Source: Felis catus (lineage: Eukaryota). From it: a stretch of DNA of 64,000 bases. Within the stretch, counting starts at the first letter, position 1. Every line of letters begins with the position of its first letter. The translations under genes were made by a program, and so were the position numbers. Shown here piece after piece: positions 1 to 13,203 of the stretch. The notes under the pieces are model-generated. The model saw only the letters and a list, made by a program, of their open reading frames with translations. It made no database searches and had not been told where the DNA came from. The DNA lies in contig NC_058374.1 of NCBI RefSeq assembly GCF_018350175.1, forward strand, positions 8,122,001-8,186,000, read 5' to 3'.

Positions 1-304
1 CAGCACGCCTATCCGAGTTTCCATCTTTGTATCTGCTCTAACAGATCTTTCTAAAACAACTTTCACCATCGTGTATAAGTGCTTCGTTTGAGAGCTGATT
101 ATTAAGTCCAGGAAATACTGGCTTGCGTATTCCCTGTTTCCCAATAGGGGTTCTGTTGAGGATATCATTTCATAGCATTGTGGTTTGTTTTGATGGGTGA
201 GTGGGAACATTTATTTGCTTTCTGAAGTGAGAGTAGATACCGAAGCGCGAGGTAAATCTGATAGTGAGGAAGACAGGGAAGCAATCCAATAACAGTTATA
301 AGTA

Positions 305-455
305 GTAGCTGCTACGTATTGATCACGTATCATGTGTCGGCCTCTATGCCAGGGGCTTTGCTCTGCACGCGTTACCTTCATCCTCACGGCAACCCTACAA
401 GGTAGGGTACTGTTGTTTCCATTACGTGGACGTGGACGAGGAAACCCAGCTCAGT
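305..455 (-). mobile_element. MIR SINE fragment
   Basis: tcctcacggcaaccctacaaggtagggtactg...gaggaaacccagctcag resembles the antisense MIR core. Confidence 0.7.
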
Positions 456-699
456 GCTTCTTGGATCTGAAACATAGTTATCCATACGTGGCTTGAGGTG
501 TAGAAAATTCGATACACGGATTCAGAGTCTCAGGGTTTAATGATGGATTGGGGGCAATCACTCCTCAAGCCCATTTGCCATTTCCCCCCCCCCCATAACT
601 TTGTGTACTTAGAATTTTTACCTGGACCAGATTTCATGAATGTTCTAACTGCACCAAAACTGCTAAGCAATTGCTCGTGACTTGTTTTCAGCAGAACGG

Positions 700-940
700 T
701 AGGAGTTCAGAGTGTAAATCTGGAATCGAGCCGCCTGGATTTCCGTTCTCACTGTGTCACTTACCTGTTGTGCATGTGACCTTGGGCAAAACAAGCAGTT
801 CTCTGCACCCTAAGGTTCTGGTCTATAAAATGGGGGTAATTAGAGCACCCACAGCACTGAAGTGTGATGAGGGGTTCACGAGTGGCCCGGGGCCAGCTTC
901 TCAGAACTGTGCTTGGCATACAGTGAGCAACATGTCAGTG
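700..940 (+). mobile_element. MIR SINE
   Basis: tgtgaccttgggcaaa...ctataaaatgggggtaat...gcttggcatacagtgagc matches MIR core and 3' end. Confidence 0.75.
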
Positions 941-1471
941 TCAGTATTATCATTTTTATTTCTGGCCACAGTTTGGGTTCCTCATTCCCTTACAAGTTGC
1001 TGGAATGTCCTTCCTCCAAATGTAAAGGTGAAGAAGGGAAAAAGACATCTCAAGCAACATCTTCATTATAAAAGGAAGGACTAAAGAAAAAGAGTCTGTG
1101 GTCCTAAAGGGCCCCTCAGTCTCAGACACCACTGATGAGTGAGATCATCTGGCTGAACCTTGAGGGTAGTGGAGGAGGCAGGAGCGTTCAAGGCCATGGT
1201 CTTCCTTTTGTTAAATGGGATGAAAGTTGATCGACTAGTAGTACCTATGGCCAACAGGTTAGTCAAACTGAGACTTGACGAAGAGACTGATCATAATAAG
1301 GTAACAAGAAAAACAAGCAAGACATTTGAGTGGCAAGGTTGTGTGGGTGGGAGGCTTGCTGTTGAAGTAACTGATGCTGTAACTTTATTGCACTATTATT
1401 TCAGTCAAGGGAAATATCTGTGACAAGCCAAGACAGGGCTGTGAAACAATACACGCTTACTGTTCTGTTCT

Positions 1472-1918
1472 NNNNNNNNNNNNNNNNNNNNNNNNNNNNN
1501 NNNNNNNNNNNNNNNNNNNNNNNNNNNNNNNNNNNNNNNNNNNNNNNNNNNNNNNNNNNNNNNNNNNNNNNNNNNNNNNNNNNNNNNNNNNNNNNNNNNN
1601 NNNNNNNCTCCCNNNNNNNNNNNNNNNNNNNNNNNNNNNNNNNNNNNNNNNNNNNNNNNNNNNNNNNNNNNNNNNNNNNNNNNNNNNNNNNNNNNNNNNN
1701 NNNNNNNNNNNNNNNNNNNNNNNNNNNNNNNNNNNNNNNNNNNNNNNNNNNNNNNNNNNNNNNNNNNNNNNNNNNNNNNNNNNNNNNNNNNNNNNNNNNN
1801 NNNNNNNNNNNNNNNNNNNNNNNNNNNNNNNNNNNNNNNNNNNNNNNNNNNNNNNNNNNNNNNNNNNNNNNNNNNNNNNNNNNNNNNNNNNNNNNNNNNN
1901 NNNNNNNNNNNNNNNNNN
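1472..1918. other. N gap (136 N + ctccc + 306 N) in a CT-rich context
   Basis: Ns at 1472-1607 and 1613-1918; flanks tgttctgttct and cttccctttcttt. Confidence 0.95.
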
Positions 1919-4900
1919 CTTCCCTTTCTTTCTCCATCCTTTTGTTATTTTTATTTTTTAGGTGGGGAGTCAGCTCTTCTATGTTTGCAATAGCCATGGA
2001 AATGACCTTGGTAACCCACATGCATTGTGGGCAGCTGCGAAAGTATGGGTTTCTATCTGCCACAGGGCTAAAGAGACATTCCTGTCAGAGCTGAATTGTG
2101 AAAAATGTACGGCGGATAAAGTGTCTGAATACATTAAGTCAATGTTAGAAACAAGTAGAGAATTGTGGAGGAAGTTTGGGCGAGAACGGCGAGACATGAC
2201 AAAGGAACTTAAAAAAAAAATGACGAGTTGAATGCAGTCTTCGCTTCTTCATTAACTTTGTTTTTGCGAATCTGCACCGACTTGTTACGACTACCATTAC
2301 TGTGATATCAGAAGTGTATATGCAGAAAAGCAGAGCGTAATTATTCAGCGTGCTCAGAGATTTCCTCAACACCCCCGCCTCGTCCTTCCGAGAGCAGTCA
2401 GCACATCCAGCCTCAAACATTTCTACAGGGAGGAAATAAGTCAAATCAAGCAAATTGAAAACCTAACAAAAGGAAAAACACCTTTGAGTGTTTGTTTCTG
2501 TTGCTACTTCCTCTGTGATGGCGATCTCACCTCTCGGCTTTTCACTGGCTAGAGAGTATCTTCAGTGAAGTAAGGTGGGTCAGGGACAATGAGATGTGAG
2601 GGTAAATCCTTAACATCGGAAATAATTATTGTCCTACCCCCCACTTCCCTTAGATCTGTAACTGCTCAACCTGTGTAATTTATTCCTTTCCCGGCCACGT
2701 CGGGAGCCTGTGATCTCACTTTTTTAGAAATGCCGAAGGATGTATTTATTGCTACAGTTATATTTGTGTACCTTTCATGTGTCACTTTTTTGGCAAAGAG
2801 GCTCTCATGTTTAAATCTCATCTGCTCACAGAGATTATAAACTCCTTGAGGGCTGGACCGTATCTTAGGCTGATTTTTCTCCTTGTGGCCATATGCTACA
2901 TATACTCGTGGGTTCTCAGTGGGTGTCTGATGCCTGACCGATGCTACGCTTGGGCCCTCGTTTTCATGTGGGTTTGTACGCATGGGTTTCTCTTGTCCAG
3001 GGGCTGTGCGGTCGCCATTCACTGGACGTTTCCGCTGGCCACAAAAGAAGCGTGAGATGCTGGGTCCTCTGTCTGGCTGGACTCTCCCCTGTCTCAGTGA
3101 TTTGGTGTGCCGAAACCCGGGACTGTTCGCATTTGAAGCAACTCCGGGTGTCTTCTGCTGGGAGTCCGGGAGACATTATGCTCTTGCCTATAAACTCTCC
3201 CTGGATTTACAACATCGCCTGGCTCGCGCTGGTGGCCTGGCAGGGGTGGGGATGGGGAGAGGAGAACAGATGAAAAAGAAGTTCCTTGGCTTGCTGTTTG
3301 ATCTCACTTCGCACTTTCCCGCAGCCAAATCCAGAGAAATGAGGAAAAAGCAGGCACAGTTTGGGGGTTAAATCTTATTTTCACAACGGATTGGGGCTCT
3401 CTGGAAGTCTTTACGTGTTCTCTGTCTATAGGTAAATACAAACAAATGGAGAGGCAGTTACATTTCCTTTTTTATCTCCATTTGGAAATAGACTTAAGGT
3501 ACTACCGTTGACCTCAGCCTATGAATATCATCTGAACAATTTTCCAGACTCTCGCTTTTAATTTTAAAGCCAATCTTTGAGTGGGAACGTTCAATCACAA
3601 CATGCAGGTCACAAATAAGCAAACAGACAAGGTCGAATTTATCAGCGAGTGTTCAGGCCATCTGCTAACAGTTCCAGGTATCTGATTCCAAAGCAAACAT
3701 ATCATATAGCTATTAGGATCCCCTAGAGGCATTTAAGCTAAGTGAAAGGCCAAGCAATGATCTGGGATACAGATTGCCACTGTAGTCAAAGTCACTAAAA
3801 TTGCTAGAGGTGGAAATTTCATTTTGTTACTTTGGCATTACATTATTTATCATGTTTTTTCCCTTTGTGAAGTTTTATGGACACGACGATTATTGAATTG
3901 GATACACAGATAAAACTCATAATGACAGTAATTACCGTTCGCTCCCTGCTTGTCGCCGGGTATTTCTGGAATATTGACTGGCCTCTCTGATCTAAAAATC
4001 CCTTCCAGCTCCTGTGAGCACAGGCAAATCAGCCAACTGTACCTCAGTTTCTGTGTTTGTAATAAGGCGATACGAAGCCATTGATTTATTCGATATTGCT
4101 ATGTTTGTGATACACCAAAAGAGAGTATTCCTATGGGCAGTGGTAGTAGCAATTTACTCAGAGGAAGTCTCTGGGAGAAATACCTAGAATCTTAATTGCA
4201 CGGTGAGATAAAACAGTGTTCATCTGCACCCCACTGCTTCACCTTCATGTGGATTTGGTGGAGATGGGGCGTAGGAAGAGCTATTTGACTTATAAGAGGT
4301 ATTACCTTAGAGGAGATTGTAGTACAGTGAGTTTGTAGGAATTGGCCCAACTGAACTCATCCTGTTTTGTTTTGTTTTTTCTTCTTTACTTGTTTTGTTA
4401 TGTAAACTTCTGCGTTAGGCAGCCTGGATAACTTTGTCTTCTCTACCAAACATCAGAACTTATTAATTATTGTGATGTGGGGTAGTTGGACACGGTTTTC
4501 CTAATCAAATAGTGACAAAAAGATAACCATTTTCCTACGACATATTTCTTGGCGTTTCTTGGCTTTGCAATGAATATTATTTTCAGTTCAGAAGTAATAA
4601 TCCCGAAAAGAAAGCACTGTATTTTTTTTGTAACTGCTCTATCTCACTCAAAGCAACATACTCTTACCAGCTTTTGTCTTTAGAAGCTGCGTTCTTGGAC
4701 TCCTACCCGAATATCTATACAAACACACACACTGCTTAGGCTCCCATCTACACGATACACCAAATTCACTACATTGGGCTAGATTCTCATGAGATGCCAA
4801 GTAGCTGGATAATTAGATATCATTATGTGACTGCATAATTTTCTCTTTCATTTAACATTGTTTAGCAGTTTTGGGTGTTTTTTTTTTTTTGACCACTATG

Positions 4901-5169
4901 TTTGAGGCTCTTTGCTTATAATTTCTGTCCTGGATACTTCCCTAAAGCTTGTGAGACTGCTTTTAAAAATATTTGCGTATGTGTTTGTGCATGTTTGAAC
5001 TGCACAGCAACTCCTGGTGGGTTGTGCTATCTCTAAATCTATACACCAGACCTCAGAAAGTCTCCAAGGAAAGAGATCGCTGTGCTTCTTGGAGATACAT
5101 AATAGAGATCGCTCTCTTTCTTCATTTGGGGCATTTTGTTATTTCCAGCACTGAATCTATTCAAATTAA

Positions 5170-5348
5170 GTTGGATTTCCCAAACTTGCTTGATCATAAG
5201 CAACGCCTGCAATGCTTACAAAACTGTATATGTTTGGGGCTCCTTTTTAGGGATTTTGATTCCTTGGGTCTAGGACGGTGCTCAGGAATGTGTATTTTCA
5301 ACAAACATCCTGGGAGATTCTTAGACTTCAGCAGGTTTGAAAAGTGTG
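5170..5348. mobile_element. MER5-like hAT-Charlie MITE
   Basis: ttcccaaacttgct...gattttgattccttgggtctaggacggtgctcaggaatgtgtattttcaacaaacatcctgggagattct...gtttgaaaag follows the MER5A/B layout. Confidence 0.7.
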
Positions 5349-8300
5349 CCTACCGAATAAAGACTGGAGTCACTACATTCTCAGGAACGAAGTAGCCACA
5401 GAGAATTCAGCTGATTAATTGAGTTAGCTTTACAAAATCATTTTGTAGCTTCAAATAATGTTTAAATAAAAAAATTAAACAGCCTACACATGCCACCAAA
5501 TTGGGGGAAAAGATCCTTTCCTTTTGGTCTTTGTGAAACCATTATGTTCTTAGAAGACGATCCAGCGACAGCGTCGGGAGCCCTAAGACCATGGTGGTGG
5601 CCATCAGGGTCACCGTAGGCAAAACAGTCCCAGACTGGTTGTCAAAACACCACCCAGTTCGCTCAGTCGCTTGCCTCGGGGTCCAGGTTTCTGGCAGGAA
5701 GAGACTCCCTGACCACCGTCCGTCTCCAGGGACAATGTTCATACTTGGTTGAGCGGGGAGAGCGTGGACCCTCCCTGGGGGTGCCCAGGGAGGTGCGCAG
5801 GGTTTTTATTCCACTCGTGAGAGTGCACAATTAGAATGGCAGAGGGGGGAAGTGACTGTGCCTTCATGGGTGACCTCGCGCATCCTGAGCCGCTGTCTTC
5901 ACCCTCCCTGGCCCTCCCTCTATTGTGAAATCACGGCCCAGCTCGTTTTTCTTGCCTGAATCCACCACGGCCAGGCCCACGTACTCGGAGACCAAACCAA
6001 CTTCCTTAAAGTGCGAAAAAAAAAAAAAAAGTTGACTGGATGTTTTCTCCTCCGTTTTCACAATTTTATTAGTCTTTAATAAGCGTTTTCTCAGAGCTTG
6101 GCAGTTTCCGAGTGTTTTAAAATCATTTTTACTAGCTACTTCGAACCCACACCTGTGTGGTAAGTCTGTGCTTTCAGCCATGTTTTTACAGGAGGTGTGG
6201 GACCCAAAATGAAAAGGAAGAGACACAGAATTTCACTCTGAGGCTCCGTCCCTGGCTCGAAACCACAGGGGCAAAGGGAGGACCTGCCTGCTTCTTCATG
6301 TTCCGCGTTATATAAGCAGTAGAAGGGAGGTGGTTCCAAAATACAGAAGCTTTCATTTTGTTTTGTTTCCAGAAAGAAAGCTTCCTCGGAAATATGACTT
6401 CCAGTAAGTTTAGGAAACCGGAGTCTGCCCCTTCAGGTTGACTGTATTGCTTGAAAACAAAACAGAACAAAGAGGCCGACAGAACTTTGTAGAAACTGCT
6501 ATGTAAATTCCACTTGCTGAGAATCCCTTCGGCCGTGGGTCTTTGCGGTTCTGACGCATCCCTATCATGATATAATGATGTGTGTACCTTTTCTTTACAT
6601 GGAGGTCGTTTGATTTACAGAAATGTAGGCTCGTGATTAAGATCTAGGAATTTTCTTGGGGAACTTTCTGAGTCTCCAACCCTCTCCTGGAACGACTCCT
6701 TCACATTTGGCCTACTGGAGCTCTCGCAAAAACTAATTCTCGCAATTCCAAAGTGAGTTCTGAACAGTTCATTACTTAACCCTTCTCTAACTCAGTAGCC
6801 TTCTCTAGTCACTTTATCGCGTCATTTATTGGGTATTTGGGAACACAACCAGAGGATCCACAACCGTGAGATGAAGCTGTTAGCACTGAATTAATAAAGA
6901 ATATACTCACGTAAGGTGACTGCTCTAGTGAAATGTGTACGCTTATAAAAGCATAGCTTTTCTTTCCCCTCCAATCGATAATTGAAAAATGAATTGATAG
7001 TTCCTTGCTCATTAAGAAACGTTTCAATATTAAGCAGTATTTTGACAAATGGAGAAGACTCGAGTTACATAAAGATTTGTGGAATTATTTTATTTGCATA
7101 CACGTGTATTGCTACTTTATTTTTACAGGCATATATTTTTTTTTTACAAAGTAGTAATGCGATTTTCGTGACATTGGAAGGTGAATTTATCTCTCTGCCT
7201 TAGCTGGACTGAATTTAACATTACTTCTTATGCTCTACCTTTAATGTATACAGTTATAAAACACACAGTCCAGCAAAAGGGAGCCCAAGTCAATAAAAAA
7301 CTTCCAGTACATGGAATTAATGAAAATGGAAAATATTTATTTATGGTTAATACCTTGTTAATTGAGGGAATTGATTTCCTTCCTCAAGGCAAATATAAAA
7401 ATTCATACTTAAGAACACGTATTTTCTTTTTCTATTCACTGTGAGTCCACAGACCAAAAACATGCAACCCATATTTTTTGTGAGAAATATGAAATTATGT
7501 GCATGCATCTAACTAAAATATATGACAAAATAGATTCAACATTTTTTTTAAGTTTTTCAATGCAATCACACATGCTATTATACGTGTTAGCATATTTTTA
7601 TTTACTTTGTTCTGATAATGTGTTTGCTTCATACTTTCTAAAAATGTTTTACCTTTATGCCAAATTATGCACTTCAAAATGATGCAGTAAAAAGTCCTTC
7701 TGTATTTTAGCAATTACTCCATTGAACAACTTTTGGAGGGGTAGTGTGAGAGAAGATAATTTCGCCCAAAGAGACTGAATATAATAAACTAAATAAATAA
7801 CTCAAGAAGCTAAAATTTCTCAAGTGGAGTTTGGTGAGAATTGTAAATTAAACAGGGGAAGCATCGTTCCATGGTAACTTTTACATCAAGTACATGGCAC
7901 TGACATTAATTGTTCTTTTCTGTCTGTCTCTGTCTTTTAATTAATGTTGATCCTCACCATTAGTATCGACAAATTGACGTTTGTGCCATATTGTCTTGTC
8001 ACGGAACTTTGTGTATCAGTGGATGGGCCTGGGTGCTGGTGGCCTCTTCTCGCGCTGAGATCTCTTCGCAGGCAGAGTGGAACTCTTCTGCCGGTTTGTG
8101 AATCACACAAAGGTTTTGCAACTTTGCGATTTCTTCTGTGGCAGAACTTTCGAAACTGTCTTTTGCAGCAAACACTCAATGGCAATATCTCTTTTGTGTC
8201 TTTCTGTTTAATTAAAGGGGGAAAAGAATAAGAGAAAAAACAGAGGAAGCCAACCATATCGTAAAAAAATAGATGATTTCACTGCAACTGGGATGGGCCT

Positions 8301-10844
8301 GTGTCGTCTCTTCTAAGCTCGTCGTTGTACGGCAAGGGTTTAGCTGTGAAGTAGTGATTTCTCCAAATACTATGGGATCCAGCAGTCAAGTGCACCATCC
8401 AGGAATGACAGTGATAAAGATGTAATTAGCCATCATTACATCATTGTAGTCAAGTTTACGGTACTGCCTAGGAATAAACACATTTCTGTTTTTCAGTATC
8501 TTTGAAACTCAGGGCCAGTCTGTGCGAGTCAATCGCTTAGGCAGGTCTTTAGAATGAACGCTTGTTTCCTAGGGCAAGAGGATCAGACTGGGAGAGTTAA
8601 TTTACCTGCGGTAATGAGCCTGACGGAACGAATCCAAAATGCTAACCGTGTATGCAAGGAACACAGAATGGAAAGTGTCAGCGACCAAGGTGGTAGCAGT
8701 GATTCAAAACATACATATCAACGCTTTACCCCCGGAAAGAAACCCACAGACCCCTTCCAAAAATTCAATCTCAAGACATGCAAACAAAGAGAAACCCAAG
8801 ACTCACAGTTCATTGGAATTCACAAGGGAACGTTTTCGGGACGAATGTTGCTTTGACGTTGTCTAACCGATGCAGAGGGAAGCCAAACCTGTTTTTAATT
8901 GCAAAGCCAAATGGTTTATGCATGGGCTCTGCCATGCTTGTGAGAACATGTTGCTTTTATAGCCCCCTCCTCCTCTGTGAACACGAGACGAGGCTTGCCA
9001 ACGCTGTGTGAGTATAGTCACATTTAAAATGAGAAGCCTCGCAGGTGTTTTTAAAGGGAGGGGGTGTCAATCTGTCAAAGGTGTCACTCTAAGTGGATCT
9101 ATCTGCCTATCTGTTACCACTTGCTAATTATGGATTTGGGTGATAATTGTCATAAATCTTGCCATGGAACGTGCAATAAAATGCTTGTTCTGGGGGTAGA
9201 GGGTGATGTGCGGAGGGGGATAAAGCCAGAATCTCAGGGCTTGTGATCAACAGATCACAAAGCCTGTGCTGTAGAATCGTTTCACTAGTCAATATTCCGA
9301 TGAATACACATATTGTTGCATCCGTCAGGCTGCTCCAGGTAACATCGCTGGCATTCCATTATAGGAATGGAGAGCGTACACAGAACAGAGTCTGTAGAGA
9401 ATATTCTCTCCATGTGGCCAGAAAGGACCTTCAGGAATACTCTGTCCTCATTAAGGCCATCCTAGAGAAGACTAAGAAAGAAAATCGAATAAATGACTAG
9501 CGAAATAAGGAATTTTCTTGTGTTCGTAAGAAGCAGACCAATCACTGCAAAGTTAGATCCTGGAAAAAATTTTGAGACAGGTCTGAAATACTCATTGTTC
9601 CAAAGATTACTTACAGGCAAGGACGAGAAAAGCCGGAAAAGGAGGCCCTCGGTCTGTAAAGAAAAACCTATGCTCTTTGGCAAAGAGTTGGCATTAACAG
9701 AAAGTGGAATCTAAAAATAGTTTTTGCTTCTGTGTCCAGTTCTTGAAGTCATTGCCACCAGCACCTGCTGACTCGTTAACTGCCACCGTCACCTTATCTC
9801 CTTTGAATCTCGGCTTACTTTACCCTCATCAGCTGTCATCTGCCCCCCCTCCCCCCCCAACACGGACACACACACAGACTGTGGCTTTAAATATTAATTT
9901 TACAGTTTGCAACATGAGTCCGAAAGTTGAGTTCAGGAAGTCCACTGTGTCATTAGTGAAATAAATTGGTACCTTTTTCTGATACTCTGTGAAAGACTGT
10001 TAAGTTTTCTGAGGGCCAGTAACTTATTAATCTTCTGTTCTCAAAGTAGGTGCTCACTAAATGTTGAGAAATAAAGGATTCTTCCTAAAAATGCCTTCTT
10101 AAAATTCCTCTCTGAGAAGTGGAATTTTAAGAGAAAGCGAACCAGGGGACCCTCTGGCCATCAGAGGACCGAGGGTATTCCTGGACATTGATGTTTACTA
10201 CTCTTAAGGTAATTAAGCCAGCAGCTCTTGGCCTGCTAGAAGGGAGACCTAACATAAAGGAACATAGTCCCCACATGCTCAGATTCAGACCATAGAGTGT
10301 AGCCTAATTGTCTATTGATGCATAAGTACATTTAACAAAATTCGTTGGCCAAGGCTTGGTAGTGACCAGTTCATACAACTCCAGAGCCTAGAGCATTCTA
10401 GCCCAGCATTCCAAACAAAACATTCTTGGGTTACTCACCCCTTGCCCCCTGCCTACTCTATGTACACAGATTGGTATAACCATGAATAAGAACAAACTCA
10501 CGTACATACCTTGCTTACATTTTTTCCCCAGCCTAGGGTGCCTATTCTTTACTTATCATCATAGAGTAGAGATGTTTATTTCAGGCTCCAGTGCATCCGC
10601 CGAATCTTCTTCATAAGAGAAGCACGGTACGTCGTCATAGTGCTTAACCTATTCACTAGCTCAGGGAACAGGTGCTTTATAGGCGTCTCTGCTCTTCGGC
10701 TGCTCTTAACTAAACATTCAGAGGATGTAACACTGATGGGACACCTAATAATATAAACTTCTTGAAGACAGGAATAGTAATAAACAAATCAGTTATGTAT
10801 TATGGGTCCACAGAATACCTGGCAATCATAATAGGAACAACGTG

Positions 10845-11005
10845 CGTATATCACAACTCTACTATCCGAGGATACTATTATCACACTATTTAATAGAATG
10901 AGGAAATTGAGACTCAGAAAACTTGACTCGTGTGGCCAGGGGCATGTGCTAGAGACCAATCTGGGTACGAAACTCTGGTCTGTAAACCTCTAGCCTGTTG
11001 TTTGC
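10845..11005 (-). mobile_element. MIR SINE
   Basis: tactattatcacactatttaatagaatgaggaaattgagactcaga = antisense MIR core. Confidence 0.7.
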
Positions 11006-11710
11006 GTCTTCCATTTCTCTCTGAGATAGGAGGCAGGGCAGGCAGAGAGGTGCCGTAAGATGAAGAAAGGGGTTTGTTCTTGGCGGCTAGGGAGTATGTC
11101 TTAGGTAGAATCAGACTATTTGCTCTTGTATTTAGTTCATTGGGATATTGAGAAGACAAGAAAACAGTTTACTCCTCTACAATTAGGGACCAGGGGAGAA
11201 AGGGTTTTATTATGTATGTGTGAGGACGTGTGTGAAGGGGGATGAGAAGGTGAACCCTGGGAGGAGATGTAACTTAGTTTAACTATGTTTCTCAGTGACC
11301 GCCATCTGCTAAGGCCCTGTGCTCAAGGTCTGGACCTGACAAGATGAATGGATGACACAGGGTCCTCGTCCTCACCATCCAAGAACTACTTATCAGTCTA
11401 AGGAGGAAGAAGAACTACAGAAGCCAAGCCAGCGTAGAATAGGAAGTGATCTAGCAGGGTTCCCTGAGGACTCTGGGAATACAGAAGAAGGTGGTTTAGT
11501 GCAGCCAAGGCGTGAGAGGTATAGGGAGTGAGTAATGGTTACGAGGGATCCAACCACTCCAAAGCAGTGGGACAGTCACTGGTCTCACCTCCCCAAACAC
11601 ACCAGGAGTTTCCTAGGCTAAGTGGTGACTCAGGACATATGGGACGAATTCGAACAAGAAAGGGGAGCCTCAGAAACACCCTTGCTCACAGGCACATGGG
11701 GCGTATCAAC

Positions 11711-12429
11711 TAGGGTTGGCTACATCATTTGCAGACTCAGTGCAAAATAAAAATGTGGGCCTCTTGCTCACAGAACAGGAAAAAAGTGCCATTAAAAGCA
11801 TTGAAATATAAAGCTCTTTTTCTGTTCTTCCACACACACACTCTCTCTCTCTCTCTCAACGAGCCATGCTGTTTTTGGCAATTTAATGTCATTCTAGGTA
11901 AAGAAAACTTAAAAATTTAAGCTGTTAGCACGCGTCGCACAATTCATCTTTATATTGCGCAATGCCGTTTTTGATGCAGATATAAGAGCACTGAACTCGT
12001 GTTCACAGAAATCACACAATGCATATTCCAGCATATGTAGTTTATTCTGAGCAAAAGTGGAACTGCTGCACAAAAGTAACTCAGCTGTTTTTATTTCACT
12101 TCTCCATACGTGCACCTTCTAGTGATGCAACGTGCTTCCCTTGTGCTCTCCTTGAATCTCTATGAATTCCACACATCGAGGGTCATGGGGCATCACGAAT
12201 GCTCTTCATGAAAGGGACGAGAAGGCACGGAGGAACAATCTGTGTATTTCCTCTGCTCACACATATTCGTCATTGTCTCATTGGATTTCACGTACAAAAC
12301 ATCCGTCCAAAGATGAAATTCTTAAGAGTTTCAAGACAGTGGCAGCAAAGCGTTAAATCAAGCACAGGGTCCTTCTGAGCACAGGGTGTGGGCTGATTGC
12401 ACAAGTTGCTAGCCCCAAAGCTGGCCTTG
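11711..12429 (-). mobile_element. MER45-family (long MER45B/C-like) hAT-Tip100 DNA transposon
   Basis: Both termini resemble MER45: tagggttggctacatcatttgcagactcagtgcaaaataaaaatg and aagagtttcaagacagtggcagcaaagcgttaaatcaagc...aagctggccttg; degenerate 8-bp TSD gtatcaac/ctgtccac. Confidence 0.75.
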
Positions 12430-12985
12430 CTGTCCACACAATTTCATCTTAGACAGCAAAGCAACGTCGAAAGATCAAACAGGAATTTTCTGCTCTTTGA
12501 CTCGGGCTGAGAGATCAAGCATCCTTCATCTTGCAAAAGTCCAAACCAGGAATACAACCTGATTATTCAAAAGGAAGGAAAAATCATTGCCCACAATTTA
12601 TTAGCGAGAACTTGAACAGGAGACCAACTGGAGTGCACACACAGGTCTGAGCCTCTTGTCCATCCCTAGGTTCTCTGCACCTAAGGCACAAATTTTTCCT
12701 TATTGTTGGTAATAAAGTAAAGAAAGTTGTTTCTTTTCTGGGAGCTCAGAGGACAAGGAAGGGACCCTGGTCAGTGATGGAAAGGGAGCTCGAGAAATAT
12801 GTTACTCTACTTCCTTTTCCTCAAAAAAAAAAAACAACGCGCTTGTGTAAGTTGATCTTCCTTCTGTGCTACACTGCCAACTACCTGGGCAACTGTCCTG
12901 GGCAACTTTTGGTTCAGTTTCTTCTTGGCCAATCATTCTCCTTAACTTCATGCCCAGTATACTGAGCATTAAAAATCTGGTGTTC

Positions 12986-13203
12986 TGGCTCTCTCCCACT
13001 CTAACCTCTTTTTTTTTTTTCCTTCCCCTCCCCCATGGGCTTCTGTTAAGTTTCTCAGGATCCACATAAGAGCAAAAACATATGGTATCTGTCTTTCTCT
13101 GTAGGACTTATTTCACTTAGCGTCACACTGTCCAGTTCCATCCACGTTGCTACAAAGGGCCATATTTCATTCTTTCTCATTGCCACGTAGAACTCCATTG
13201 TGT
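12986..13203 (-). mobile_element. L1_Fc-type 3'UTR internal fragment
   Basis: ccttcccctcccccatgggcttctgttaagtttctcaggatccacataagag...catatttcattctttctcattgccacgtag is the antisense felid L1 3'UTR. Confidence 0.85.

Noticed and set aside
1401-2094. 220-224 aa ORFs, and other ORFs spanning N runs
   Set aside because: Open only because Ns contain no stop codons.
11297-11314. CTCF-like motif (minus ttagcagatggcgg); similar partial match at ~45384-45400
   Set aside because: Lacks key consensus positions and cannot be supported without ChIP or a PWM score.
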